In this document: piece by piece, positions 41,362-49,353 of the stretch | How the letters are laid out: every line of letters starts with the position of its first letter | Numbering within the stretch: position 1 is the stretch's first letter | Source of the DNA: a virus | Lineage: Duplodnaviria > Caudoviricetes | IMG/VR virus record: IMGVR_UViG_3300046170_000288 | Location: 1-58,581 of that record | DNA: 58,581 bases | Reading direction: 5' to 3' (one strand) | Position numbers and translations under genes: made by a program | Notes under the pieces: generated by a model | The model's input: only the letters and a program-made list of their open reading frames with translations | Database searches by the model: none | Told to the model about the DNA's origin: nothing

Positions 41362-41965
41362 ATGAAAATAAAAGAAGCATTAAAAATAACAGACTCATTT
41401 ACAAGAACAAGCAAGATGCCTGGCCTGAGCTACAGCCTGCCAGCATGGGCATGTCAAACTGGTTCGAAGCTTAGACTAGTTAAAACTTCACCGTGTTACG
41501 GCTGTTACGCCTTGAAGGGTAACTATACCAGGTATCCAGCAATCAAAGCAGCTCAGTATAGAAGACTGGACGCAATCAATCACCCGCTATGGGTCGAGGC
41601 TATGTCTACAAAAATACGTGGCCAAAAATGGTTTAGATGGCATGACGCCGGCGATGTACAGAGCAGCGAGCATATGCAAAAAATTATAGAAGTGTGTAAG
41701 CTCACACCAAACACCAAACACTGGCTGCCAACGCAAGAGCGGCAATACCTGCCAGCACCTGAAGAGGTTCCGGAAAATTTAATTATAAGATTATCAAGAT
41801 CAAAAGTCGATGGACCAGCAGGGCAATGCCTGGACCCATGACTCAGGCGTCACGACTCAAGAAGGTGAGCGGACTTGTCCAGCCCCGGATCAGGGCGGCG
41901 CTTGTAAAGATTGTCGAGCATGCTGGAATAAAGATATTAAATCTGTTATATACGGTAAACATTAA
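41362..41965 (+). CDS. Gp88-like (radical-SAM-like) Fe-S protein; frameshift near 41822
   Basis: SKMP...SLPA..C...CYGCYA, FRWHDAGD; reconstructed C-terminus CPAPDQGGACKDCRACW...YGKH. Confidence 0.65.
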
Positions 41966-42132
41966 TGCACGTATTCAAACATCCTAAATATTACGAAGAG
42001 ATGCGCCAGCGCGCGAAAAAATTTCAGAGAGAAGAGAAGCTCAAGCTGCAAGCGTCAAGCACCAAGCCACAAGCTTCAAGCGACAAGCCTCAAGCACCAA
42101 GCGATTCAAAGATCTCGGAGCAGGATTCATAA
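41965..42132 (+). CDS. Small early protein; not in ORF track
   Basis: 55 aa MHVFKHPKYYEEMRQRAK..., TAATG-coupled; tail is translated repeat. Confidence 0.45.
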   Translation: MHVFKHPKYYEEMRQRAKKFQREEKLKLQASSTKPQASSDKPQAPSDSKISEQDS

Positions 42133-42174
42133 CCCGAGCACCAAGCCTCAAGCTTCAAGCCACAAGCAGCAAGC
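42042..42174 (+). repeat. CAAGCNN heptamer arrays 3 and 4 (9 and 5 perfect copies)
   Basis: CAAGC every 7 bp from 42042 to 42098 and from 42142 to 42170. Confidence 0.9.
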
Positions 42175-42458
42175 TCTCTTATATCTTTTCCCTCATAAAG
42201 TTTTGGAAGCATGGAACAGGCATCAAGAACTAAGATAAAAGTATTGCGTGGATGTTTCACGTGGAACGCAATTTGGTGTGGAGAAAATGTGATCTTGTTT
42301 GTTTTTGTATATTTCAGTTCAACAGTGAAAAAGACGCCGTTATTATTATAACCCAATAGATCGGGAGTACCAGGAACGCTAAGATTTTCAATCCTAATCC
42401 AGGATATTTGAGTAATATTTTTCTTAACATTTCCATAAAATTTAGTCTCCGGTTTCAC
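42090..42458 (-). CDS. PD-(D/E)xK nuclease (VRR-NUC/Holliday-junction resolvase-like)
   Basis: E..F...V, RIEN....GTPDL, VELK, S..QIAFH. Confidence 0.7.
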   Translation of the reverse strand: MKPETKFYGNVKKNITQISWIRIENLSVPGTPDLLGYNNNGVFFTVELKYTKTNKITFSPHQIAFHVKHPRNTFILVLDACSMLPKLYEGKDIRELAACGLKLEAWCSGYESCSEIFESLGA

Positions 42459-42482
42459 TGATTTTTTAGGTTAACAGGTGCG

Positions 42483-42707
42483 TTATACTTTTTTGATAAC
42501 GTCGCCCATTCTCCACGTTTCTGGCTTGATAGTCATAACAAGTCGGTGAGTTTCTCTGGCTCCCAATAGTTTATTTTCCATCAGTTGTAAAGAAGTAATA
42601 TCAAAATGTTGTCCATCAGGAAGACGAACTTGAACTCTAGCCTCTTGGGCTACCGGTGACTTTAACATTTTATCTAGTGTCTGTCTTAATGCTTTTCCAC
42701 TCAACAT
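42483..42707 (-). CDS. Hypothetical protein
   Basis: 74-aa ORF. Confidence 0.5.
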   Translation of the reverse strand: MLSGKALRQTLDKMLKSPVAQEARVQVRLPDGQHFDITSLQLMENKLLGARETHRLVMTIKPETWRMGDVIKKV

Positions 42708-42747
42708 AAGTTGCTTTTATATCATTGTTGTGTTAAAAAGCAATACT

Positions 42748-42933
42748 ATGAAAAAAGAAAAATGGGATGGTAGATCAAGACCTTCTGATGATTTGTATAG
42801 ACAAGAATGGAATAGAATATTTAATCCAGTAGCAAAAGAAGTAAGAACTCCACAATATAAATCACAAACAGTAAAACCCAAAAAGGGAAAAGGAAGTTTT
42901 AAGAGAGGACAATGGGATTACCAAAGAAATTAA
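42748..42933 (+). CDS. ArfA-like (alternative ribosome rescue factor A) peptide
   Basis: Likely start MKKEKWDGRSR at 42748; NPVAKEVRTPQYKSQTVKPKKGKGSFKR matches the ArfA signature. Confidence 0.6.
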   Translation: MKKEKWDGRSRPSDDLYRQEWNRIFNPVAKEVRTPQYKSQTVKPKKGKGSFKRGQWDYQRN

Positions 42934-43424
42934 CTGAACAACAAATTAAATTTGCCAATCTACTAATATCTGAACAAGGTAGAATGACAGCCACAGCTTG
43001 TGCTATTGAAGCAGGTTATGCAAAAGACTCAGCTAGACAGGCTGCAAGTAAATTACAGAATCCAAAATTATTTCCATTGGTGGTCCAGTATATTGGTGAG
43101 TTAAGAGAAGAGTGGCAAAAGCAATACGAAGTCACATTCGGCAATCACATATCAGAATTAGGTAAACTTAGAGATGAGGCTAGAGATAAGAAAGCTTGGT
43201 CAGCTGCAGTCAACGCTGAAGTAGCTAGAGGTAAAGCTGCAGGTTTATATATTGAACAGAAGATTATCCGTACTGGTAAATTAGAAGACTTATCGACAGA
43301 AGAATTAGAATCACGGATGAAACAAATAATTGACGACTATTCTCCGATTCTAGAGGGAGTTGAATTCGAAGAATTAAAAGAAAAAGTGAAAGAATCACCA
43401 AAGAAGCAAAAAGAATCAAACTAA
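42912..43424 (+). CDS. terS: Terminase small subunit
   Basis: LTEQQ.KF...ATACAIEAGYA..SA...ASKL HTH, A.V.AE..RGK..GLY, LS.EELE. Confidence 0.75.
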   Translation: MGLPKKLTEQQIKFANLLISEQGRMTATACAIEAGYAKDSARQAASKLQNPKLFPLVVQYIGELREEWQKQYEVTFGNHISELGKLRDEARDKKAWSAAVNAEVARGKAAGLYIEQKIIRTGKLEDLSTEELESRMKQIIDDYSPILEGVEFEELKEKVKESPKKQKESN

Positions 43425-43738
43425 TTTATTTTTTTTATAGACTCAATCACAGAAGTTGGAATCATAGTTGTATTTCCAATACTATCAAACGTAGGCTTAT
43501 CTTTAGATTTAATATAATCAGTAAATATTCTAGTTATTCCATTTTTTTGGCTAACAAGATATCCTTTAGAAACACACACCGGTAATTTTTCTTTGTTCAA
43601 ATCTTTTGTGGTGCTCCAGCCGGCATCACCTTCGATATCAAGCCATTCTATTTCTACAAATGGATAAGCTGATATGTCATTACCTAATGACTTTAGATTC
43701 AATGGAATAATTTTTTTATTTTTTCGTTTACGTCTCAT
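43421..43738 (-). CDS. Conserved phage hypothetical protein
   Basis: 105 aa; VEIEWLDI...GW, C.SKGYL, IP..VI. Confidence 0.6.
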   Translation of the reverse strand: MRRKRKNKKIIPLNLKSLGNDISAYPFVEIEWLDIEGDAGWSTTKDLNKEKLPVCVSKGYLVSQKNGITRIFTDYIKSKDKPTFDSIGNTTMIPTSVIESIKKIN

Positions 43739-43827
43739 ATTAATTTCTCCCTAAGAGCAAAAAATGAAATTATGTTATAACACATTTTACATAAAAAGTT
43801 TACCTTATTGGGATTTTGAACCATCTT

Positions 43828-43978
43828 GGTAGTAGCAGGTAGTAGCCAGGTAGTAGACGTTTTACTACCAAAATTGCTTAAATAAGCTATGTATACCAAC
43901 AAAAACTTGTTCAGGTAGTAAGGTAGTAGACATTTCTCATCTTTTTTCAAAAAAATTTTTTTCAAAAAAAGTTTAAAA
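43828..43978. repeat. GGTAGTAG iteron-like repeats plus A/T tracts (putative replication origin)
   Basis: Direct copies at 43828, 43838, 43849, 43914 (7 of 8) and 43922; inverted TACTACC at 43863; A/T tracts at about 43941-43978. Confidence 0.6.
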
Positions 43979-44017
43979 CCTATTAGGGGCAATCCCTGAT
44001 GCCTGATTCCTGCCACA

Positions 44018-44721
44018 TTATTCATGATTTTTGGCTAATTTACTACGTTTTTCGTAATATAGGTCAACACGCTTTAACCATTCCCACATAAACTTTTGAA
44101 ACTGGGTTCCGGATACAGTGAATTTCTGAAAGTAATTATCTTTAGTACACATTAGAATAGTTCCAGACTGTATCTTGGTACCATAGACCTGGTTATGAGC
44201 TGTAGCATATGCTGCAAGTTGTAAAAAATAGTCATCAATCCATTCTCTTCTTTTAGGCTTGTTAGATTGTTTAAAGTCCATTATACTTTCGCGTCCTTCA
44301 TACACACCAGCGAGATCACTAGCACCGGCGTACAGGCCTGGATAATGTAAACATATTTCCGTACCCCATATTTCCTCCATATAGCCCTTTAGACCCTCAT
44401 CTATTATAGTTTGTGCCATCTTATCAGCTTGTTGGCCTAAATCAGTCAAATCCATGTGTCTTTCGTCCAGCAAATAGCATTCAATTAGCTTATGCATGAT
44501 TGATCCACGGTTGGCTGCTTCATTCTTAATATTTTCAGCAGACTGGGCTCCGACTCTTTGTTTCCATTTATCTAAGCTTGCCTTTTTTTCGTCACTTTGT
44601 GTAGGCCTGCAGACACGGTCGTAACAGATGGTAATTTTTCATCACTAATCAAATAATGACGCTCACCTTCTATAGCCTCTCTTATAGTCTGAGGATACTT
44701 AAACTTTTTATTCCAAATCAA
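44018..44721 (-). CDS. PD-(D/E)xK exonuclease (MGME1/Cas4-like); frameshifted near 44610
   Basis: TTG start at 44721; LPSVTT, RGS.MH..IE, YAG.SD, IMDFK, YFLQLAAYA. Confidence 0.75.
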
Positions 44722-44882
44722 TTGACTGTCTCCTTTTCTTTTAGACCATGATATATTTCATACCAGGCCTTACAATGTTCGTTCATACATTCATACATAC
44801 TAACAATTAAATACTGTTCATCATCCTCTGTATCAAAGTCGTTGTTCCATCTTAGATCATCACCACAATGAAAACACTTCAT
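44718..44882 (-). CDS. Small zinc-ribbon protein; not in ORF track
   Basis: 54 aa MKCFHCGDDLRW...YECMNEHCKAWYEIY; coupled on both sides. Confidence 0.6.
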   Translation of the reverse strand: MKCFHCGDDLRWNNDFDTEDDEQYLIVSMYECMNEHCKAWYEIYHGLKEKETVN

Positions 44883-45712
44883 TTTTTTAACCACCTTTGT
44901 CTAAGGTCTTCATTTTTTTTAAAATTTATTTTACCAAAAGTCCATTTCATGTTTGCACAAAATTCACCATAATTTATAAGTCTATTCATTTTTTCAATCT
45001 TTCTTTTAACTTTAATTATGGGTTGATATATTTTAGAAAACAAATGTGTTTTAGCCATTTGACAACAAATCAAATCCCAACAAGGCGCTTCATTGTAAGG
45101 TCTATCTTTCCACATGGTTTTAGGAACTATTTTAAATGTATGTTTATTGTTGCCCCTGTTAAAAATACGATTCATTAACCTTTTAACGTATCGTAAAACT
45201 TTTAAGTTGGTGCTAGTAAAACTTATTCTAGATGAAAAATTATAATTTTTAGATTTTTTATTATATCTAGGAGAAAAAGTAATACATCCTTCAGCATCGA
45301 AGTATCCAGCCAACCAAGCTAATTGATTATTACTAACATTTAAAATAGCATATCTGTAATCGGGTTTTTTTATAATTTCTATATCCTGTTCTTTCATAAC
45401 CTTTTTTATAACATCTCTTTTTTCTATTAGAGAAGGATAAATTTTTTGTATAAAATGTTTATAATTTTTACCACAAACTGACACCACATATTTTTGTTTA
45501 TGTTTCTTTTTTCCTTTTTTACATTTACCAATTTTAACATCATATAAGTTAGCTAATTCTTTTATTATATTTTTGTCAATTAAACTTAGTTGATAGTAAG
45601 GATATTTACCTTTGTTAATTTTAAAAGAACCATCGCCATCAGCCATGCCTGCATGATAAGCCCAAAAACTTTCACTAACTTGATCATCTATTAAATCATA
45701 TTTGTTATTCAT
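44879..45712 (-). CDS. Free-standing double-motif LAGLIDADG endonuclease
   Basis: YHAGMADGDGSF and WLAGYFDAEGCI motifs in a 277-aa basic protein. Confidence 0.8.
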   Translation of the reverse strand: MNNKYDLIDDQVSESFWAYHAGMADGDGSFKINKGKYPYYQLSLIDKNIIKELANLYDVKIGKCKKGKKKHKQKYVVSVCGKNYKHFIQKIYPSLIEKRDVIKKVMKEQDIEIIKKPDYRYAILNVSNNQLAWLAGYFDAEGCITFSPRYNKKSKNYNFSSRISFTSTNLKVLRYVKRLMNRIFNRGNNKHTFKIVPKTMWKDRPYNEAPCWDLICCQMAKTHLFSKIYQPIIKVKRKIEKMNRLINYGEFCANMKWTFGKINFKKNEDLRQRWLKK

Positions 45713-45910
45713 AATTTAAAAGCCTGTAGTGCATTTTGTTTTTCTTCAGCTTCAACTATTTTAGGCGAGTTGTTTATCAATCTCTTCTAAATGTTGTGGG
45801 TGCTCACCAATACCTACAGAATTCTCTAGGTATATTTGTATAGTTGCATCAGCTTCAGCTATATCAGCCTCGTATTTCTTCTCGAGTGCTTCCAACATTG
45901 CTCTTCTCAT
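45709..45910 (-). CDS. Small conserved phage protein; frameshifted; not in ORF track
   Basis: MRRAMLEALEKKYEADIAEADATIQIYLENSVGIGEHPQH... Confidence 0.6.
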
Positions 45911-46157
45911 CTTTAACTCCTTCTTTTTCTTTTAGTTTACTTTCTAATACCTCAATCTCACCATTTAGTTTTTTAATAATTTGATTAAGTTCTTTAACAA
46001 GTTTAGTTTCAAGTATTAATCGTTCTGTACTCATTGTTATTTCCCCTTGTGAATTACAACTCGGACACTGCTGTATGATTTCCACTGGATTCTCGATTGA
46101 TTCCTTTACTTTGATATAACCGTTTCCATGGCATCTCTGGCATATTGTCTTTGTCAT
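45864..46157 (-). CDS. CxxCxGxG zinc-finger protein with coiled coil
   Basis: MTKTICQRCHGNG...CPSCNSQG. Confidence 0.55.
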   Translation of the reverse strand: MTKTICQRCHGNGYIKVKESIENPVEIIQQCPSCNSQGEITMSTERLILETKLVKELNQIIKKLNGEIEVLESKLKEKEGVKDEKSNVGSTREEIRG

Positions 46158-46437
46158 AGTTTTTCTCCATATCATCTAAAGTTTTAATTACTTTCTTTCT
46201 AACCAAATTGTGATCTAGCTCTGCATATTCACATACTTTAGCAAAATCACTATTAGGTAAAGTTACATAATCTAATTCATGAAATCTTCGTTTAGCATAA
46301 AACTCACTAAATTTAATTATATTAGACTTCACTTTAATTGCGTCAGATATTGCAACTATTAATACATTTCTCCATAAATTTCTAACAGGATCAAATGTAT
46401 CAAACTCTTTAAGCGTCCTTGTTCCGTAGTCTGCCAT
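46054..46437 (-). CDS. Hypothetical protein
   Basis: 127 aa; LWRNVL..AI.DA, DF..VC.YA.LD. Confidence 0.55.
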   Translation of the reverse strand: MADYGTRTLKEFDTFDPVRNLWRNVLIVAISDAIKVKSNIIKFSEFYAKRRFHELDYVTLPNSDFAKVCEYAELDHNLVRKKVIKTLDDMEKNYDKDNMPEMPWKRLYQSKGINRESSGNHTAVSEL

Positions 46438-46588
46438 TTAATTTTCTCACTTTCTCATTGATTAATATGTCTAAAGCTTTTGCTCTAGATACTTCTACTT
46501 CAGGTACTACTACGCGCCTGATCTTATCTAATTTGTCACAACTCGCATGTGAGAGTGCAACCGATTTATATTTACTTACGTCAGTCAT
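46409..46588 (-). CDS. Putative ribbon-helix-helix DNA-binding protein; not in ORF track
   Basis: 59 aa MTDVSKYKSVALSHASCDKLDKIRRVVVPEVEVSRAKALDILINEK...; GAAAGGA Shine-Dalgarno. Confidence 0.55.
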   Translation of the reverse strand: MTDVSKYKSVALSHASCDKLDKIRRVVVPEVEVSRAKALDILINEKVRKLNGRLRNKDA

Positions 46589-46655
46589 TATTATATCCTT
46601 TCATTATTTATAAAATAATAATATAGGATTCTTATATCTTTTTACAAGTAAGTCA

Positions 46656-46904
46656 ATGAAGTTTTTTTTAACAATATACATATGTTCAGTGGTCAATCAG
46701 AACTGCGCTGAAGTGCCGGTTAAAGACCATGACTATGATAGATTTTATAAAACACACTATGAGTGTGTACAAAAAGGATTGGGTGAGTCTTACTCTGTAT
46801 TATTTGATGGTGAACATTTTACTGCAGATGTAGTAAACACAGCTGAATTATATCCTAAATTTATGTGTGAGAAGACAGACAATCAAGAGAAGCCTGAGGC
46901 CTGA
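46656..46904 (+). CDS. Small Cys-containing protein with hydrophobic N-terminus
   Basis: 82-aa ORF with four Cys. Confidence 0.55.
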   Translation: MKFFLTIYICSVVNQNCAEVPVKDHDYDRFYKTHYECVQKGLGESYSVLFDGEHFTADVVNTAELYPKFMCEKTDNQEKPEA

Positions 46905-46909
46905 ACCCT

Positions 46910-47047
46910 TTAGCCTTTACCCTGGCCCTTGTAACGTCGAGTACGCTTCTGTCTTTTTTCGTTCTTGTTTAAAGATTTCTTATGTTGACGTGGCCCTCTT
47001 TTTTTAGGTTTATCCCTTACAACGAAGTCTTTAAATTTTCTAGCCAT
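46910..47047 (-). CDS. Small very basic protein ending YKGQGKG; not in ORF track
   Basis: 45 aa, TAATG-coupled. Confidence 0.55.
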   Translation of the reverse strand: MARKFKDFVVRDKPKKRGPRQHKKSLNKNEKRQKRTRRYKGQGKG

Positions 47048-47274
47048 TATTTAATGTAATTTTCTTTAATCCATTTTTTATCAGAGTCATCTAATTTTAA
47101 ATATCTAATTCTACCATTGATATGTTGTTTAGTGTCATGACCACAATTAGTACATCTGTAAAATTCAGAAACGATAGCTACTAAGATAGCTTCTTCCTGA
47201 CACTCTTCACAATGTCCATGTACTGTATCTATTTTTTGAAATAACTTTATTGATTTCTTATCTATTATACTCAT
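47047..47274 (-). CDS. Small zinc-ribbon protein
   Basis: 75 aa; CEEC...CTNC. Confidence 0.6.
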   Translation of the reverse strand: MSIIDKKSIKLFQKIDTVHGHCEECQEEAILVAIVSEFYRCTNCGHDTKQHINGRIRYLKLDDSDKKWIKENYIK

Positions 47275-47748
47275 ACTAGATCTTTCGCCTTTCCTATTAC
47301 TGGTTTATATTTAGTCTTACCTTCTGATTTATACGCCCACAAAAATTGTTTTCTAGGTTTGTCTGTAGTGTAACTACAGTGTATCCATCCCGAGTTAGGT
47401 TCGCCTGGCGTGTAGAACTCGAGTATCAATTGATCAAATTCTAGGTTTGCATAAATCCAGTCAGCTAATTCAGCATTGTCAGTTCCCATACATTCGAAGT
47501 CTGCCGCCTCAGCTTTTGCATGTTGGCTGTTGATCGAGCTACCTATTTTTAGGCACAGCTGCTCGCTACGGAACCCTGACGTTACCTTTACTCTGCCGAA
47601 GTGGATCACGTACCGGCTGTAAAATATTTTCACAAAGTGCTTTTAGTTTTTCTATCTGACCTGAGTTTGGATTGTTATTGATATCCAAACGCACAGCTGT
47701 ATCAGATTTGATAAGCTCCTGAAGAGAAAAATTTCTTGATAATTCCAT
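47271..47748 (-). CDS. Peptidase M15A endolysin; frameshift near 47605
   Basis: LSRNFSLQEL..S.TA, SGFR, SQH...AAD, DQLILEF, WIHCS. Confidence 0.85.
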
Positions 47749-47885
47749 TATTGACAGCTTAAACACTCATCGCTGTCATTGTCAAGATCAGCTAAAGCTT
47801 CTTCCTTACAGTCTTGGCTACAGAATAAATCTAATTCTTCTTTAGCTTCAAACTCTTTGTTACATTTATTACAATTTTTTTTCAT
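47748..47885 (-). CDS. 45-aa zinc-finger peptide with terminal CxxC; not in ORF track
   Basis: MKKNCNKCNKEFEAKEELDLFCSQDCKEEALADLDNDSDECLSCQ; TAATG-coupled on both sides. Confidence 0.6.
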   Translation of the reverse strand: MKKNCNKCNKEFEAKEELDLFCSQDCKEEALADLDNDSDECLSCQ

Positions 47886-48118
47886 TATTTTAATATAAGT
47901 TTTTTAATTGATTTTGAACCATCGACGTTCGACTCGAGCTCGGCCATCGATTTTATACATTGATAAACTATATTATCTTTTGTATTTGATCTCATTGCAA
48001 CTCTTTTTCCTTTCAAGCACATTGACATTGAAGGTTTATTTGTCTCAGGATCAATTTGAATTCTATGTTCTTTGATCTCTCCATTAACAATCATAAGTAA
48101 AGCTACAATCAACTCCAT
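47885..48118 (-). CDS. Small secreted/membrane protein
   Basis: 77 aa, hydrophobic N-terminus, two Cys. Confidence 0.55.
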   Translation of the reverse strand: MELIVALLMIVNGEIKEHRIQIDPETNKPSMSMCLKGKRVAMRSNTKDNIVYQCIKSMAELESNVDGSKSIKKLILK

Positions 48119-48492
48119 TAATGACCTCCGTTTTGTCTTACCTTATCTTTTAACACTTCGATATCAGCTAGAGCTTTATCTAATTGTTCTCTTAAAAATT
48201 CTATATTAACTTTGTTAGTCATGTTCATCTCTTGAGTCTCTTCCATCTTCTCGACGGACTTATAAAGATCCTCGATTAAAAAATGTTGCTCCTGGTCCGT
48301 AGGCACTTGTTCAGATTTTTTTAACAAATCATTTTCAAACAACTCACGTGATGTCTCTAACGATACTAATCTCGCAGTCAGCTCCGTATAAGCGAACACG
48401 CCCATTGCGACGAGCACGATCAGTGAGGCTACGGTTTTCATCGGCATCTGCACTCGTGCTTCTTCTCCAATATTTAAAGGTTTATTGCTCAT
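48118..48492 (-). CDS. Single-TM coiled-coil protein (possible spanin/lysis accessory)
   Basis: 124 aa, TM helix then coiled coil, near the endolysin. Confidence 0.5.
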   Translation of the reverse strand: MSNKPLNIGEEARVQMPMKTVASLIVLVAMGVFAYTELTARLVSLETSRELFENDLLKKSEQVPTDQEQHFLIEDLYKSVEKMEETQEMNMTNKVNIEFLREQLDKALADIEVLKDKVRQNGGH

Positions 48493-48572
48493 CTAGGTAT
48501 ATATCCTGGTTGTAAAAATAAGGCTATTAATACAAAAGCTACAATTAAAGCACCTGTAAAATAATAATTCAT
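48489..48572 (-). CDS. 27-aa membrane peptide; not in ORF track
   Basis: MNYYFTGALIVAFVLIALFLQPGYIPR; ATGA overlap. Confidence 0.45.
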   Translation of the reverse strand: MNYYFTGALIVAFVLIALFLQPGYIPR

Positions 48573-48592
48573 CCTACAATACTCCATTACTT

Positions 48593-48712
48593 TCAACCTA
48601 TTAAAAAATAAATTATTCTTTTCCACCAACTCATTTTAACTTTAGGTGGTTCAATAACACACTGACACTTTTTCTTTTCAAAGTTACAATCTAAACATAT
48701 ATTTAAACTCAT
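48593..48712 (-). CDS. 39-aa Cys-rich peptide; not in ORF track
   Basis: MSLNICLDCNFEKKKCQCVIEPPKVKMSWWKRIIIFLIG; GAGGA upstream, ATGA overlap. Confidence 0.45.
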   Translation of the reverse strand: MSLNICLDCNFEKKKCQCVIEPPKVKMSWWKRIIYFLIG

Positions 48713-49350
48713 TTTTTATCCTCTGTTTTATAAAACATTTTATTACTATCTTCAGTCAACCAATCTTTGTTTTCTACATTCCATCTTGTAGTTTGAACCC
48801 TATAGTCTGGTACTTCTCTATCAGTTGTATAATTTGGAGCATCCCACAATATTCTATTGTTTGGTTGTGCTGCATAATTGCCATTGTCTAAAGCAAGTAT
48901 GTGAGCACACTTATGTTCTGCAGGAATTTCAGAATGCTCAGTATCTAGTATATTACTATCTGGATGTCCCCAGTCAACAGTAAATAAATATTCAAATGGA
49001 TAGTTTATTTTGTCTTTACCAAAGTATTTTCCTCGTTTACCCCTTAAAAAACTAAAGCAATGAACACTAGGATAATAACTAAAGCAATTCCATAATTGAA
49101 GATTGTCGATTGCGATATCTGGTACGTCTTCTCTGTCAAATTTTTCTTGAAAAAACGCTGATATAGGTAAACGCCAAAAGCATGCACCATTTGGTAGCAT
49201 AATGTTAAATAAGAGAGCCCTATCTGTAATAGAGACCACACTAAAGATGCAGCAGTCAACAGACTCTCCTTGATGTTTTTCCAGATCATATAAATACTCC
49301 TTACGTATTTTACAGTAGATAGGTGGTATGTCCGCATTTAAATAAGCCAT
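48709..49350 (-). CDS. Conserved phage hypothetical protein
   Basis: 213 aa; RLPISAF, YLFTVDW, EHKCAH, AAQPNNRI. Confidence 0.65.
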   Translation of the reverse strand: MAYLNADIPPIYCKIRKEYLYDLEKHQGESVDCCIFSVVSITDRALLFNIMLPNGACFWRLPISAFFQEKFDREDVPDIAIDNLQLWNCFSYYPSVHCFSFLRGKRGKYFGKDKINYPFEYLFTVDWGHPDSNILDTEHSEIPAEHKCAHILALDNGNYAAQPNNRILWDAPNYTTDREVPDYRVQTTRWNVENKDWLTEDSNKMFYKTEDKK

Positions 49351-49353
49351 AGT

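Noticed and set aside
41260-42132. QASS peptide repeats as a protein feature
   Set aside because: The period is 7 nt, not a multiple of 3, and the repeat also occurs outside ORFs and is read in both orientations, so selection is on the nucleic acid.
43735-44025. 96-aa minus-strand ORF
   Set aside because: Low-complexity translation of A/T tracts and repeats; better explained as a non-coding origin-like region.
44700-45910. Group I intron or intein around the LAGLIDADG gene
   Set aside because: Flanking genes are complete and overlap it directly, leaving no room for an intron core; no intein terminal motifs.
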